DNA of 64,000 bases from an uncultured Acidobacteriota bacterium. Its GTDB lineage: Bacteria > Acidobacteriota > UBA6911. Location of the stretch: contig CAWHCF010000004.1 of NCBI GenBank assembly GCA_963827655.1, positions 32,001 through 96,000 on the forward strand, read 5' to 3'. The notes beneath the pieces are model-generated. The model was given only the letters and a program-made list of their open reading frames with translations. It ran no database searches and was not told the origin of the DNA. The translations under genes and the position numbers were made by a program. Shown piece after piece: positions 10,801 to 21,938 of the stretch (within the stretch, counting starts at the first letter, position 1; the number at the start of each line of letters is the position of its first letter).

Positions 10801-12510
10801 ATGAACAACTTGGATTCCCGGCGCTTGTTTCCTTCAGGTTCAACCGCGTCTGATCACGAAGCCGGCTGCCGGCCACGTCGAGACTTCTTACGCTCGTCCT
10901 CACTCGCGGCTTTGGGTGCCGTGGCTTCGTTGACTCTTGCCGACCGATCGTTACCGGCCGTCTTACCACAGCCGAAGACCGGAAAGATCTGGATTGATGT
11001 CGAAGACGTGATCGGCGAGATCAACAAGAACCTTTACGGCCATTTTCTCGAACACGTCGGGCGCTGCATTTATGATGGCACCTGGGTGGGAGAAAATTCC
11101 AGCATTCCAAACGACAAAGGCCTTCGCCGGGATGCCATCGAGACTCTCCGCCGGTTGCGCGCCCCGGTCGTGCGGTGGCCGGGCGGCTGTTTCGCGGACT
11201 CCTATCACTGGCGCGACGGGATTGGGCCGGGCGCGAAGCGGCCCAAGCGCTGGAATCTGTGGTGGGAAAAGTACGAGTCCAACGCCTTCGGCACCGACGA
11301 GTTCATCCGGTACTGCCGCCTCGTGGGCGCTGATCCGTATCTGAGTATCAACGTGGGAACGGGGAGTGTGCAAGAGGCGCTTGACTGGCTGGAGTACTGC
11401 AATTCCGATAAAGACACCGAGAACACTCGTTTGCGCGCGTCCAACGGGTCTCCCGAACCGTACGGTGTGCGCTATTGGGGTGTCGGCAACGAAAACTGGG
11501 GCTGCGGGGGCCTGTATGACGCGAAGGACTATGCCCGGGAGTATCTACGCTACGCCATGTATCTGAAGCGCTGGTTCTGGCCGTCCAAGGGTCTTTCGGC
11601 TGTTCCGATCGAATTGGTTGCTGTCGGTCACACGGGTCCGGATTGGAATCAGATCTTTTTGGAACAGGTGCGAAACTGGCTTCCCTTGGTGGATCACCTC
11701 TCGGTCCACCGATACTTCAGGCTTCAATCCAGCCAGTCGCTCACCAAGCCCCCCGGCGGCTTTCCCGAGTGGAGCGCGGTTCAGTTCACCGATGATCAAT
11801 ACTACCTGTTGGTCAGCCGGGTCCAGCAACTCGAGCAGGATATCCAGGAAGCTTTGAACCTGATCGATTACTATGTCGCAGGTCGCAAGAAGATCGGGCT
11901 GATCGTGGATGAATGGGGCACCTGGCACCCGGAAGCCACATTCGAGACCGGATTCTACCAGCAGAATGCGATGCGTGATGCGATCATAGCCGCCTCAGTA
12001 TTCAATCTCCTCAACAGCCGCTGCCGGGAGATTGTCATGGCGAATATCGCTCAAGCTTTCAATATCCTGCACGCCGTAGCGTTGACGCAGGACTCGCAAA
12101 TGATTCTTACTCCCACCTTCCATGTCCATGAGATGTATCTGCCTCACCAGGGAGCGAAGCTGGTGCGTTCAAGAATAGAGACGCCCAGCTATGAAGTTCA
12201 AGAAGAGGGGAGAAAGCGCAGGCGCGATGCGGTAAATGTCTCCGCATCGCTCAAAAACAATCGGCTTTTTCTGACCGCCGTGAACGAGGACCTTGCCCAA
12301 GGCCTCGAATTCGAGATAACGCTGCGCGGCGCCCGTCCTGGAAGCGCAACAGGGCGGCGGCTCTGGTCGCAAAGCGTCAGGGACCACAACACGTTTGCAA
12401 ATCCGGACCAGGTCAAGCCGGCGTCCTTTAAACCGATTCTCAAAGGCGGTGAATTCCGGATTGAGCTGCCGGCGCACTCCATCAACGCCATCGAAATCGA
12501 TCTGGTCTAG
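10801..12510 (+). CDS. Alpha-L-arabinofuranosidase (GH51), Tat signal
   Basis: RRDFL Tat motif; YGHFLEHVGRCIYDG, RWPGGCFAD.YHWRDGIGP, WGVGNENWGCGG, VDEWGTW, MANIAQ. Confidence 0.9.
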   Translation: MNNLDSRRLFPSGSTASDHEAGCRPRRDFLRSSSLAALGAVASLTLADRSLPAVLPQPKTGKIWIDVEDVIGEINKNLYGHFLEHVGRCIYDGTWVGENSSIPNDKGLRRDAIETLRRLRAPVVRWPGGCFADSYHWRDGIGPGAKRPKRWNLWWEKYESNAFGTDEFIRYCRLVGADPYLSINVGTGSVQEALDWLEYCNSDKDTENTRLRASNGSPEPYGVRYWGVGNENWGCGGLYDAKDYAREYLRYAMYLKRWFWPSKGLSAVPIELVAVGHTGPDWNQIFLEQVRNWLPLVDHLSVHRYFRLQSSQSLTKPPGGFPEWSAVQFTDDQYYLLVSRVQQLEQDIQEALNLIDYYVAGRKKIGLIVDEWGTWHPEATFETGFYQQNAMRDAIIAASVFNLLNSRCREIVMANIAQAFNILHAVALTQDSQMILTPTFHVHEMYLPHQGAKLVRSRIETPSYEVQEEGRKRRRDAVNVSASLKNNRLFLTAVNEDLAQGLEFEITLRGARPGSATGRRLWSQSVRDHNTFANPDQVKPASFKPILKGGEFRIELPAHSINAIEIDLV

Positions 12511-12826
12511 ACACCGCGTGTGATTCTTCGGCCACCGGCATTGCTGGCAATCGTCTTTCGGAACGCTGATCATTGAGCGCGGGTCCGAAGGCTACCTTAG
12601 AGTCGCAGGCAGCACAGTCAGAGTCTTGAGCAAAGGAGCTTACCGGCACGATCAACCCGGTCTGAATTATCGCCAGCTAGACACGTCCGATTCGGGCGCT
12701 TGCTTCGAGAAAATGCCATGCCGCGCCTTCAGGCCGCTGGGAAGGTTTGCTGCGCACAAGGAGCGTTCGAAACTCCTTACCTGCCGAAGATGATTCAGCA
12801 AGTCACGAAGCCGCAGATTCGTAGAG

Positions 12827-14406
12827 ATGGCGAATATCTTCATACAACCCTGTGATGAGGGTGTGATCAGATCGCGGCCTGCCGGCGCTCCATGCGGGCG
12901 CTCTGCCGAGCCGTGGATTCTGACCGCGACGATTCTGGGGTCAAGCCTGGCTTTCATTGACGGAACGGTCGTTAATGTAGCTCTGCCGGCGCTACAAGAG
13001 AGCCTGAACGCGACGGCTCTGCAAGTGCTGTGGGTGGTTGAATCATACGCACTTTTCCTCGCCGCGCTGCTTCTGGTCGGAGGCTCGATGGGCGACCGCT
13101 TTGGCAGGCGGCGGAGTCTTCTGCATCGGCATCGCTCTCTTCGCATCGGCATCAATCTGGTGTGGATCGGCTGCGAGCATCGAGCAACTCATCATCGCGC
13201 GCGCATTGCAAGGCGTGGGCGGCGCGCTGCTTGTGCCCGGAAGCCTGGCGATCATCAGCGCCTCCTTTGATGAGGAGAGACGCGGGCGGGCCATCGGCAC
13301 GTGGTCAAGTTTAACGGCGATGACCGGAGCCATCGGCCCGGTCCTCGGCGGCTGGCTGATTGAAAATGTCTCGTGGCGCGCCGTTTTCTTCATCAATCTA
13401 CCGCTGGCAGTCGTGGTGCTCCTGATCTCTTTCTGGCGCGTGCCTGAGAGCCGGAAGGGCGAGAGAAGACAAAAGTCTGGACTGGTGGGGCGCAGGGCTG
13501 GTGACTCTGGGTTTGGGGGGGATTGTGTACGGCCTGATCGAGGCATCGCGACTGAGCTTCAGTCATCCTCTGGTAGTGGCTGCGCTCGTCGTCGGCGCGT
13601 TGTCGCTGGCGGCATTTCTCGCCGTTGAAGCCCGCTCGCGCAACCCGATGCTGCCCCTTTCGCTCTTTCGCTCGCGCCAGTTTAGCGGGGCCAATCTACT
13701 GACGCTCTTTCTTTACACAGCACTGAGCGGCGCCATGTTTTTTCTTCCGCTCAACTTGATTCAGGTACAGGGGTATCAAGCGACCGCTGCAGGGGCTGCC
13801 TTGCTTCCTTTCATTCTCATCATGTTCTTACTGTCACGATGGTCGGGGGGATTGGTAAAAAGCCATGGGGCGAAGTTACCGCTTGTCGTCGGCCCCGTGG
13901 TCGCCGCTCTGGGATACGTCTTGTTCATGATTCCGAGTACCCGCAGCAATTACTGGACCAGCTTTTTCCCGGCTGTGGTCGTCCTAGGACTGGGAATGGC
14001 AGTGAGTGTTGCGCCGCTTACCACCACAGTGATGAACGCCGTGGGAGAGAAGCGCGCTGGGATTGCCTCGGGCGTCAGTAACGCCGTTGCACGCACTGCC
14101 GGGTTGCTCGGGATTGCGGTTCTGGGCACGTTGATTTTATCGGCATTCAACCACGAGCTTGAGCGCCGCTTGGTCCAGTTTGATATCGCACCCGAAGCGC
14201 GGCGCGCGGTTGATGAGCAGCGAGTCCGGCTGGCCGGAGCGGAACTGCCGTCGAGCATCAACAACGAGACTCGGAAGGTGTTGAGACAAGCGATCAACGA
14301 ATCCTTTGTCTTCGGCTTTCGCCTGGTAATGGCGACGGCGGTGGGGCTCGCACTGGCAAGTGCCCTGGTCGCATTGGTCATGATCCAGGGCAAGGCGCGG
14401 CCGTAA
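12827..14406 (+). CDS. DHA2 (EmrB/QacA-like) MFS transporter (frameshifts near 13115 and 13480)
   Basis: ILGSSLAFIDGTVVNVALP, GDRFGRR, RALQGVGGALLVPGSLAII, SWRAVFFINLP and APLTTTVM, spread across three ORFs. Confidence 0.85.
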
Positions 14407-14625
14407 TCAATGTTCCTTAGCGTCTTCGCGTCTTCGTGTGCTGAAGCGCAAGACGCGGCTGCCGGGCCAACCCTCTCACCCGGACACAAATTATTGCGCT
14501 TGACTGACTGAAGACCATTTAAGATGCTTCGCGTTTCTTCGCGCTTCGTGGTTAGTTCGAGCCGAACGACAACCAACCTCTAAGACTCGAAGACTCGAAG
14601 AAACGCCGGTCGGGTTGAAACACGA

Positions 14626-16606
14626 ATGGAACCGTCTCCTGCCGAACTTGTCTTGAAGCTTCCGATTTCCGAGCCCTCCCAGCGCTCGAGTCCCTTGAAA
14701 CAATGGTTGTTTCGAGGTGAGCATCTGGACGAGAAGCGAGGCCATCCCAGCACGCACCCCTGGTACATGGTGCTCTGGCTCACCGGCGTCGACTATTTCT
14801 CGACTCTCGGCTATCAACCGGGAATCGCGCTTCTGGCAGCCGGATCTCTCTCTCCGCTGGCTACGGCCATTCTTGTGGCCGTCACTCTCTTCGGCGCACT
14901 CCCGATCTACTCCCAGGTTGCCTCGCGTTCCTATGCCGGCCAGGGTTCGATTGCGATGCTGGAGAACCTGCTCAAGGGCTGGACCGCCAAGATTTTCGTT
15001 CTCGTGCTGCTGGGCTTTGCCGCGACCGATTTCGTGATTACGATGACTCTTTCCGCTGCCGATGCCGCTCAGCATGCCATCGAGAATCCGCTGTTTCGCA
15101 CCTACCTGGGAGAAGCGCGGGTAAGCCTCACGCTCGGGTTTCTTGCGCTTCTCGCGGTGGTCTTTATGAAAGGATTCCGGGAAGCCATCGGTCTGGCGGG
15201 GACGGTTGCGGTCCCCTACCTGGTCCTGAATCTTGTCGTCCTGATTCGCGGCCTCTGGGAAATTCTTGAACATCCCGAACTGCTCAGCCGGTGGAAGCTG
15301 GACCTGGCCGGTCATGGAGACTGGCAATCCCTGTTTCTGGTCTCTCTGGTGGTCTTTCCGAAGCTCGCGCTGGGAATGAGCGGATTCGAGACCGGGGTCT
15401 CGGTCATGCCTCTAGTCGAAGGGGGCGCCGGAGACCGTTTCCGGGAGCGCCCGCTGCTTCGGATTCTTGCCACTCGCAAGCTCCTTGCCGCCGCCGCCCT
15501 GATCATGAGCGTCCTGTTGCTGCTGTCGAGCTTCGTGACCGCTCTTCTGGTGCCGCCTGAAGCGTACAGGCTGGGCGGTCCCGCCAGCGGGAGAGCAATC
15601 GCTTATCTTGCGCATGAACTGCTCGGCCACTCTTTCGGAACCGTCTACGATATCTCGACCATTCTCATTCTGTGGTTCGCCGGGGCATCAGCGATGGCGG
15701 GGTTGCTGAACCTGATACCCCGATATCTGCCGCGCTACGGCATGGCGCCTCGATGGGTCTCGCACGCGCGTCCTCTGGTCCTGCTCCTGTTCGCGATTGA
15801 CGCTGTGGTTACAGTTATCTTCGAAGCCAACGTCGAGGCTCAGGGAGGCGCCTATGCCACGGGCGTTCTTGTGCTGATGCTTTCGGCTGCTGTCGCCGTC
15901 GCCCTGGCATTCCGGGGCGAGGCTCGTGCCGAGCCCGCGCGCCAGAGCGCGCTGATGCGCTACAGTTTGTATTTTTGGGTCATCGCGGCGGTATTCTTGT
16001 TCACGCTCGTGGACAACGTCATCGAGCGCCCCGACGGTATCGTCATCGCCAGTGTATTCATCGTCGCGATTCTAATCTTCAGCGGACTCAGCCGGCTCTG
16101 GCGGGCGACGGAGCTGCGGGTGACGGAGGCGCAGTTCGTCGACGAGCGCTCGGCCCACCTCTGGCGCTCGATCCAGGGAAAGAAGGTACACCTCGTTCCG
16201 CTTAAGAACGCCACGCCGCAAGCGCGTGCGCGCAAGGCCGCCGAACTGCGCAGGCATTATGCGGCCAAGGGACCGCTGGCATTCGTGCACGTTAACCTGC
16301 GTGGATAACCGGAGCGAATTCCTCACGCCCCTTCGGGTGGAGGTATCATCGCATGACCAGGACTACCTGGTGATGGTATCGGGGGCCATTGCGACGGCCA
16401 ACAGCATTGCCTTCATCAGCGAAGCTATCGACCCGCTCAGCATCTTTCTCGGCTTGACGCGAGAGAATTTGATGGTGCAGTCGCTGCGTTACCTGCTGTG
16501 GGGCGAGGGAGAAACCGGACTCATGGTCTACACGATACTCCTGCGCTACTGGGAGTCGACGGCCGAGGAGGATGTTCGTCCCTTTATTTTCCTGATGAGC
16601 GAGTGA
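14626..16606 (+). CDS. APC-superfamily amino acid permease-like protein (frameshift near 16300)
   Basis: LTGVDYFSTLGYQPGIA, FPKLALGMSGFETGV and QGGAYATGVL motifs with multiple TM segments; the C-terminus continues in ORF 16226..16606. Confidence 0.8.
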
Positions 16607-16878
16607 GGACGGTTCGCTTCACGCCGGGAACCCGTTAAGCGCCTCAACTTTTCTGATGAACATGGGGCTTGATAGTGGTCAATTGCGGCGGGCCGGCCAG
16701 GACGGCCTTTGCGCGCGCGTGATGGTGTCGAGGTCGCGTTCGCACTGCGTAGTTCGCTGGAGCAGGGCCGATGATTAATAGTCCCGAGCAAATAACCACA
16801 CCGTACCGCATGATCCAGCATCGTTTCGGTGGAATGGGAATTCAGGTTCGAATCGGGCGGCCGCGGTCGGCAAGGCGT

Positions 16879-16898
16879 GATATACTTCGCACTATATC
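16879..16898 (+). promoter_or_regulatory. Putative TA operator (GATATA-N8-TATATC)
   Basis: Inverted repeat immediately upstream of the antitoxin RBS (GGAG). Confidence 0.5.
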
Positions 16899-16909
16899 TG
16901 GAGATTTAT

Positions 16910-17146
16910 ATGGGTAAGCCCTTGATGATCATGGAAGACGACGATCTGAGGATTGAAAGACTCAAGAAGAAGCTGGGAATTCGGAGCAAGGTGGATGTCC
17001 TGAGGGCCGGGATCGAACTTCTCGAGAAAGAAGCCGAGCGCAAGGAAAAGATCCAAAGGTGGAAACGTGCCGCGGCTCTCGTCTCCAGGACGAGCCGGGA
17101 AGTGAACCGGGCATTCCAACCATACACCAGGCTGAAACGGATTTGA
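16910..17146 (+). CDS. Putative antitoxin (RHH-like, 78 aa)
   Basis: GGAG RBS; MGKPLMI..(helix)..SKVDVLRAGIELL; its stop overlaps the toxin start (TTGA). Confidence 0.65.
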   Translation: MGKPLMIMEDDDLRIERLKKKLGIRSKVDVLRAGIELLEKEAERKEKIQRWKRAAALVSRTSREVNRAFQPYTRLKRI

Positions 17147-17496
17147 TCTCGCCTCCCGAACGCTGGCACATTTACGTCGTTGACCTCGCACCGCGCGTCG
17201 GCACGAAGCCCGGAAAGCAGCGTCCTTGTCTGGCGATCCAGCCTGCGGAATTCGGCGAGGGCGGCCTCAACAGCACGGTTGTTCTACCAGTGACGTCGAA
17301 AACCGTGCAGGGCGATGCGTTTCCACTGAGGGTGCGCATTCCTAAGGGAATCGGCGGTCTCAATTATGACAGCGACATTCTCGTGGATCAGATTCTTGCG
17401 TGGGATAATTTACTCTTTCGCCGTGAGCTGGGGATCTTGCCCGACGCTCTGGTCGAAGAAGTAAAGGCGGCATTGAGAGATTTTCTGGATCTTTAG
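17143..17496 (+). CDS. PemK/MazF-family toxin
   Basis: IYVVDLAPRVGTKPGKQRPCLAIQ, TVVLPVTS, GLNYDSDILVDQI; TTG start overlapping the antitoxin stop. Confidence 0.85.
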   Translation: MISPPERWHIYVVDLAPRVGTKPGKQRPCLAIQPAEFGEGGLNSTVVLPVTSKTVQGDAFPLRVRIPKGIGGLNYDSDILVDQILAWDNLLFRRELGILPDALVEEVKAALRDFLDL

Positions 17497-17554
17497 AAAT
17501 CAGTGTAGACGATCTAGGACTGCGCCTCTTTTCGGATAGAATGCGAGGCGGATC

Positions 17555-18905
17555 ATGCGCCCGAATCCCGCTTCCAGCCTCGCACTCTCGATTGCTCTCG
17601 GACTGCTCCCGTTTGTCGCGGCCACGATCGAGGATCCCCCTTCCTCGGCCGAGTTCGAGGGGATCTACCGGCAGGCAATCTCAATCCGCGAGCGGCGCCT
17701 GGGGCCGGATCATCCGAAGGTGGGCGAGAGTCTGACGAATCTGGCGCTGCTGCTCCGCAACCGAGGGGACCTTGTCGACCGCCGAGCCGCTTCTCCGACG
17801 CGCCCTGGCGATTCGCGAAAAAGCCTTCGGCCCCACCGATCCCAGGATTGCGGCGGATCTCGAGAACCTGGCTTCAATGCTCGAAGCGCGGCGCGATTAT
17901 GGAGGCGCCGAGAGCCTGTACCGCCGCGCGCTGGCAATTCGAGAGAAGGCCGGTGCGGCCAAGCCTCTCGACCTTGCTGCCACCGTCACCAGGCTGAGCG
18001 CGCTGCTCGAAAACAAAGGCGATCTCGACGGCGCTGTCGCGCTCAGCCGGCGCGCTCTCGCCCTGCGAGAAAAAATCCTGGGACCTGCGCACGCCGACGT
18101 CGGTATCCATCTCAACAATCTCGGTCTCCTCCTCGAGAGCAAGGGAGATGACGTGGCTGCCGAAAGGCTCTACCGACGGGCGCTTGGGGTGCTCGAAAAG
18201 GCGCTCGGACCCGATCATCCCGAGCTTGGGGCTGCGATGAACAACCTGGCCGGCGTCTTGAGGTCACGGGAAGACTACCAGGGCGCAGAAAGCCTGTATC
18301 GCCGCGCGCTGGCAATCTACGAAAGCACCGTCGGCACGGATCATCCGCTCGTGGCCACGACACTCAGCAACCTGGCCCAGGTTAGAGTCGCGCGCGGCGA
18401 TCAGAACGGAGCCGAAGCGCTTTCGCGGCGCGCGCTCTCCATCCGGGAAAAAGCCCTCGGTGGCGGCGACATCGAGGTCGCAGCCGTCCTGAGCCAGCTT
18501 GCCGGGATCATCTCCGCGAAGGGAGACTACGGTGCCGCAATTCCACTCTACCGACGCGCGCTAGAGATCCAGGAGAGGGGGCTCGAGCCGGACCATCCGG
18601 ACATCGCCGATACGCTCGGTGGTCTCGGAGTCGCATATAAGGCCCAGGGCGACTTGAGCGCTGCGGAAAGCGCCGTGCGGCGGGCTCTGGCGATCTTCGA
18701 GAAGGCGCTTGGACCGAATCATCCTGAAGTCGCAAAGCAGGCAATCAACCTCGCCTCTCTGCTGGCCGCGCGCGGCGACGACGCCGGCGCTATACAGCTG
18801 TACCGGCGCGCTCTACCGATCGCCGAAAAGGTATTCGGGTCTCAGCATGCGCTGGTGAGTCAAGCCCGGAAAAATCTGTCCGAGCTCGAGCGAAAAATAC
18901 GGTGA
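17555..18905 (+). CDS. Secreted tetratricopeptide-repeat protein (42-aa TPR_12-type repeats; frameshift near 17772)
   Basis: Signal peptide; repeated AE.LYRRALAI.EK.LGPDHP..A..LNNLA units. Confidence 0.85.
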
Positions 18906-18953
18906 ATCTCAGCTCCACGAAGAATTTCTAAGCGTACTTGTGGTTAGCGCTGC

Positions 18954-20023
18954 TCACCGTATGGGTTTCAGCGAAGATCCCTCCCGGTAGACGCCGATCC
19001 AGTGATTGGTGAACTGCAGGTGTTTCCGGGGTTCTACGCCCGGCATGTGGCACCGGATGCAGTCGGTGAGCGCCGCAGCGGTCTTGACTGCCGGATGTGC
19101 GGCGCTCTTGTGGCAGGCGGCGCAGCGTTCGTTGTAATAGGAAGACTCTTTTTTCCGCAGCGCCCTGTGGGGCTCATGGCAACTGAGGCACGAGAGCGCA
19201 TCCCGGCTCTTCCGGAAGCACGCGCTCTGCTCGAGATAAAGCGGCTGGTGGCGTGTGTTCCAGGGATCGTTCCAGTTGGTGGCGGCCCCAGGCGGCGCGG
19301 GCTTGCGGTGACATGTTCCGCACAACTGATTGAGTTCCCCGCCGGGGAGCCGCCCGGGGTTCCGGATCGTCCGTCGCCCCCCTCAGCCTCGTTCCGACCG
19401 GCGGCCGCGGCGTGAAGGCGTCCCGGTCCGTGGCAAGCCTCGCAGCGTACGCCGAGCTCGCCCGGCCTGACTTCGAGCTTCTCGCCGAGCGTCAAGCGCC
19501 CGGTCGAATGACATCGAAAGCAGCGCAGGATGGCCGGGTCGGGATCGAAGGTCCGGTAGAGCAGGCCAAAAGCAGCCTTGAGACTCCCGGCTTTGAGGCT
19601 CTGGTGTCCCGGAGTCGCGTCCAGTGTCCTGGCCGCGGCATAGTACGTGAAGTAGTGCTCGACGTAAGAGTCTTCGTCCACCTGGCTCACAAATGTGACC
19701 GCATGGTTGCCCGAGCCAAAGGCCCACTCAATCGGCATTTCCGCGCCGTTCTTTCCGTCCGAGATCCTCACCTTGAACTGGTTCGCGTTCAGCTCAAACG
19801 TGAACTGAAAGTTGGACGCGCGCTTGAGCGGTCCGGGCGGAGCAAAAGACTTCGTCAATGGATGGCTGGTTGCGGGTCGAAGGGACGCGGCATGGCCGCT
19901 CGACGACTGCTCGCTGAGCTGGGCCGGATGGCACGCTCCACAGGCTTGCGCTCCAATGTAGTCGTTCTCTTGAACCGGGGCGAAGACAAGAGCGATCAGA
20001 AGCGCCTGGATGAGCATCTCCAC
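18954..20023 (-). CDS. Multiheme c-type cytochrome (c554-like N-region, 7 CxxCH; frameshift near 19340-19385)
   Basis: CGACH, CFRCH and CEACH in ORF 19034..20023; CGTCH, CLSCH, CAACH, CIRCH and FTNHWI in ORF 18954..19325; signal peptide. Confidence 0.85.
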
Positions 20024-20025
20024 CA

Positions 20026-20203
20026 GGATTTAGGATCTAGGATTTAGGATTTAGGGTCTGGCCAGGATTCAGGCTGAATCTGGATCCTTGATCCTAAATC
20101 CTGGATTATAATCCAGGATTCAGGATGATTGCGTGATCTAGGATTAAGTAGAGCCTGCCAGACTGATCCACTAAATCCTAGATCCTAAATCCTAAATCCT
20201 AGA
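20026..20203. repeat. Heptamer (AGGATTT/AGGATCT) inverted repeat array with a central perfect 24-bp palindrome
   Basis: Left arm aggatttaggatctaggatttaggattt; right arm ctaaatcctagatcctaaatcctaaatcct; aatcctggattataatccaggatt at 20097-20120. Confidence 0.85.
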
Positions 20204-20205
20204 AT

Positions 20206-21933
20206 ATGAGAGCAGCTTCCACACTGGCGCTCGTACTCTTGTGGCTGTCGAGCGAGGTCGCAATCCGCAGGGTCTGTGAGGGACCCCCGGGCATGATCCT
20301 CGGGGGACCCTCTCCGGACGGACGTTTTCTGTCGTGCTTCGATCCCGAGACCGGCGATCTCTCGCTCCTAGATCTCGCCAGCGGGCAACGCCGCCGGCTG
20401 ACGCGCAAGACGTCGCCGCAGTCGGCCGAGTTCGCGTACTTCTCGGTTGTGTCGCCCGACAGTCGCCGGGTTGCCTACGCATGGTTCAACCAGGAGAAGT
20501 TCTACGAACTGCGCGTCGTCGAGGCTGACGGCTCGGATTCCCGCATCCTCTACCGCAACGAAGAGGCCGGCTTCGTTCAACCCTCAGCCTGGTCGCCCGA
20601 CGGGAAAGAAATACTGACTCTGTTCTTTCGCAAGGACAGCATCAGTCAGATCGCGCTGGTATCGACGGCGGATGGTTCCGTCCGGGTGCTTAAGTCGTTG
20701 AACTGGGTTTATCCGAAAAAGATGGATTTCTCGCCCGACGGGCGCTTCATCGTCTATGACAGCTTCGGCCGGAACGGCGCGCGCGAGCGCGACATCTTTG
20801 TGCTCTCGACCGATGGAAGCCGCGAAGTCGCGCTGGTGGAGCACCCGGCAGACGATCTGTTTCCCCTCTGGTCGCCCGACGGCAGAAGAATCCTTTTCGC
20901 CAGCGATCGCGCCGGCACGATGGACCTTTGGATGATTCCGGTCGTGGACGGAAAACCCCAGGGTTCTGCGGCCCTGGTTCGACGCAACCTGGGACGCATC
21001 CTGCCGATGGGGATGACGCGAAGCGGCGCTCTCTTCTACGGCCTGCGTACCGGGACAAGCGACGTCTACGTGGCTTCCTTCGATCCCGGGGCAGGACAGG
21101 TGCTGGGGCGGGCGGTGCTCGCCAGCCATCGCTCCCCGGGCGGGAACAGCGCGCCCGAATGGTCGCCGGATGGAAAACTCCTCGCGTACTTCTCCCGGCG
21201 CGGGACGGAAAACTTCGGGCAGGAGGCGCGGGTGGTTTCGATTCGCGCGCTCGAGACCGGCGAGGAGCGCGATCTCGCTCCCAAGCTTGCGCATCTCGAG
21301 AGCATCCGGTGGTCTCGGGACGGACGGTATTTTCTCGCCGCCGGAAGTGATCGGAGAAGCCGCGGCGGCCTGTACCGTGTCGATGTCCGGAGCGGAGATG
21401 TGGCGCCGATCGTTCAGGACGAGCTGGCCACTTTTCGCGGGCTAGAAGGAATCTGGTCGGCCGACGGGGAGGGCGTCTTCTATGTGGCGCGTTCGGAGAT
21501 CCGGTTGCGTAGCCTTCAGACCGCTCAAGAGAAGTCTCTCTACCTCGCGGCGGACTCTACGCGCATTCGGCACCTGGCGCTCGCGCCCGACGGGAGCAGA
21601 CTCGCGTTCGTTTCGAGCGAGGGCTCTCAAGCGGAAGTTCTTCGGGTCATGCCGGCGGATGGCGGAGGGGCGCGCGAGTTGTTCCGGCTCGCCGGCGGCG
21701 GCTCGACCGGCGCCGAGTGGACACCGGACGGCCGGCACCTGATACTGACTGCATCCGGCGAGGGTAACCCCGAGATCTGGCGCGTATCGTTGGAGGGGGG
21801 ACAGCCCCTGAAGATGGCGATTCCTGCAGACTGGCAGGGCAGCTTCCGCGTTCATCCGGACGGGCGTCGCATTGCCTTCGCCGCGGGGAAAACCCGATCG
21901 GAGGTCTGGGTGATGGAGAAGTTCCTACCCTGA
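20206..21933 (+). CDS. TolB-like/PD40-repeat beta-propeller protein
   Basis: Signal-like N-terminus; more than 10 (W/F)SPDG repeats. Confidence 0.85.
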   Translation: MRAASTLALVLLWLSSEVAIRRVCEGPPGMILGGPSPDGRFLSCFDPETGDLSLLDLASGQRRRLTRKTSPQSAEFAYFSVVSPDSRRVAYAWFNQEKFYELRVVEADGSDSRILYRNEEAGFVQPSAWSPDGKEILTLFFRKDSISQIALVSTADGSVRVLKSLNWVYPKKMDFSPDGRFIVYDSFGRNGARERDIFVLSTDGSREVALVEHPADDLFPLWSPDGRRILFASDRAGTMDLWMIPVVDGKPQGSAALVRRNLGRILPMGMTRSGALFYGLRTGTSDVYVASFDPGAGQVLGRAVLASHRSPGGNSAPEWSPDGKLLAYFSRRGTENFGQEARVVSIRALETGEERDLAPKLAHLESIRWSRDGRYFLAAGSDRRSRGGLYRVDVRSGDVAPIVQDELATFRGLEGIWSADGEGVFYVARSEIRLRSLQTAQEKSLYLAADSTRIRHLALAPDGSRLAFVSSEGSQAEVLRVMPADGGGARELFRLAGGGSTGAEWTPDGRHLILTASGEGNPEIWRVSLEGGQPLKMAIPADWQGSFRVHPDGRRIAFAAGKTRSEVWVMEKFLP

Positions 21934-21938
21934 AATCG

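Noticed and set aside
17555-18905. TPR-CHAT/NLR-type defence or cell-death system
   Set aside because: The protein is TPR-only with a signal peptide, and has no CHAT, NB-ARC or effector domain in it or beside it.
20026-20203. CRISPR array (also considered for 5318-5407 and 51338-51499)
   Set aside because: The units are 7-8 bp and tandem or inverted, with no 25-45-bp repeats separated by unique spacers and no cas genes.
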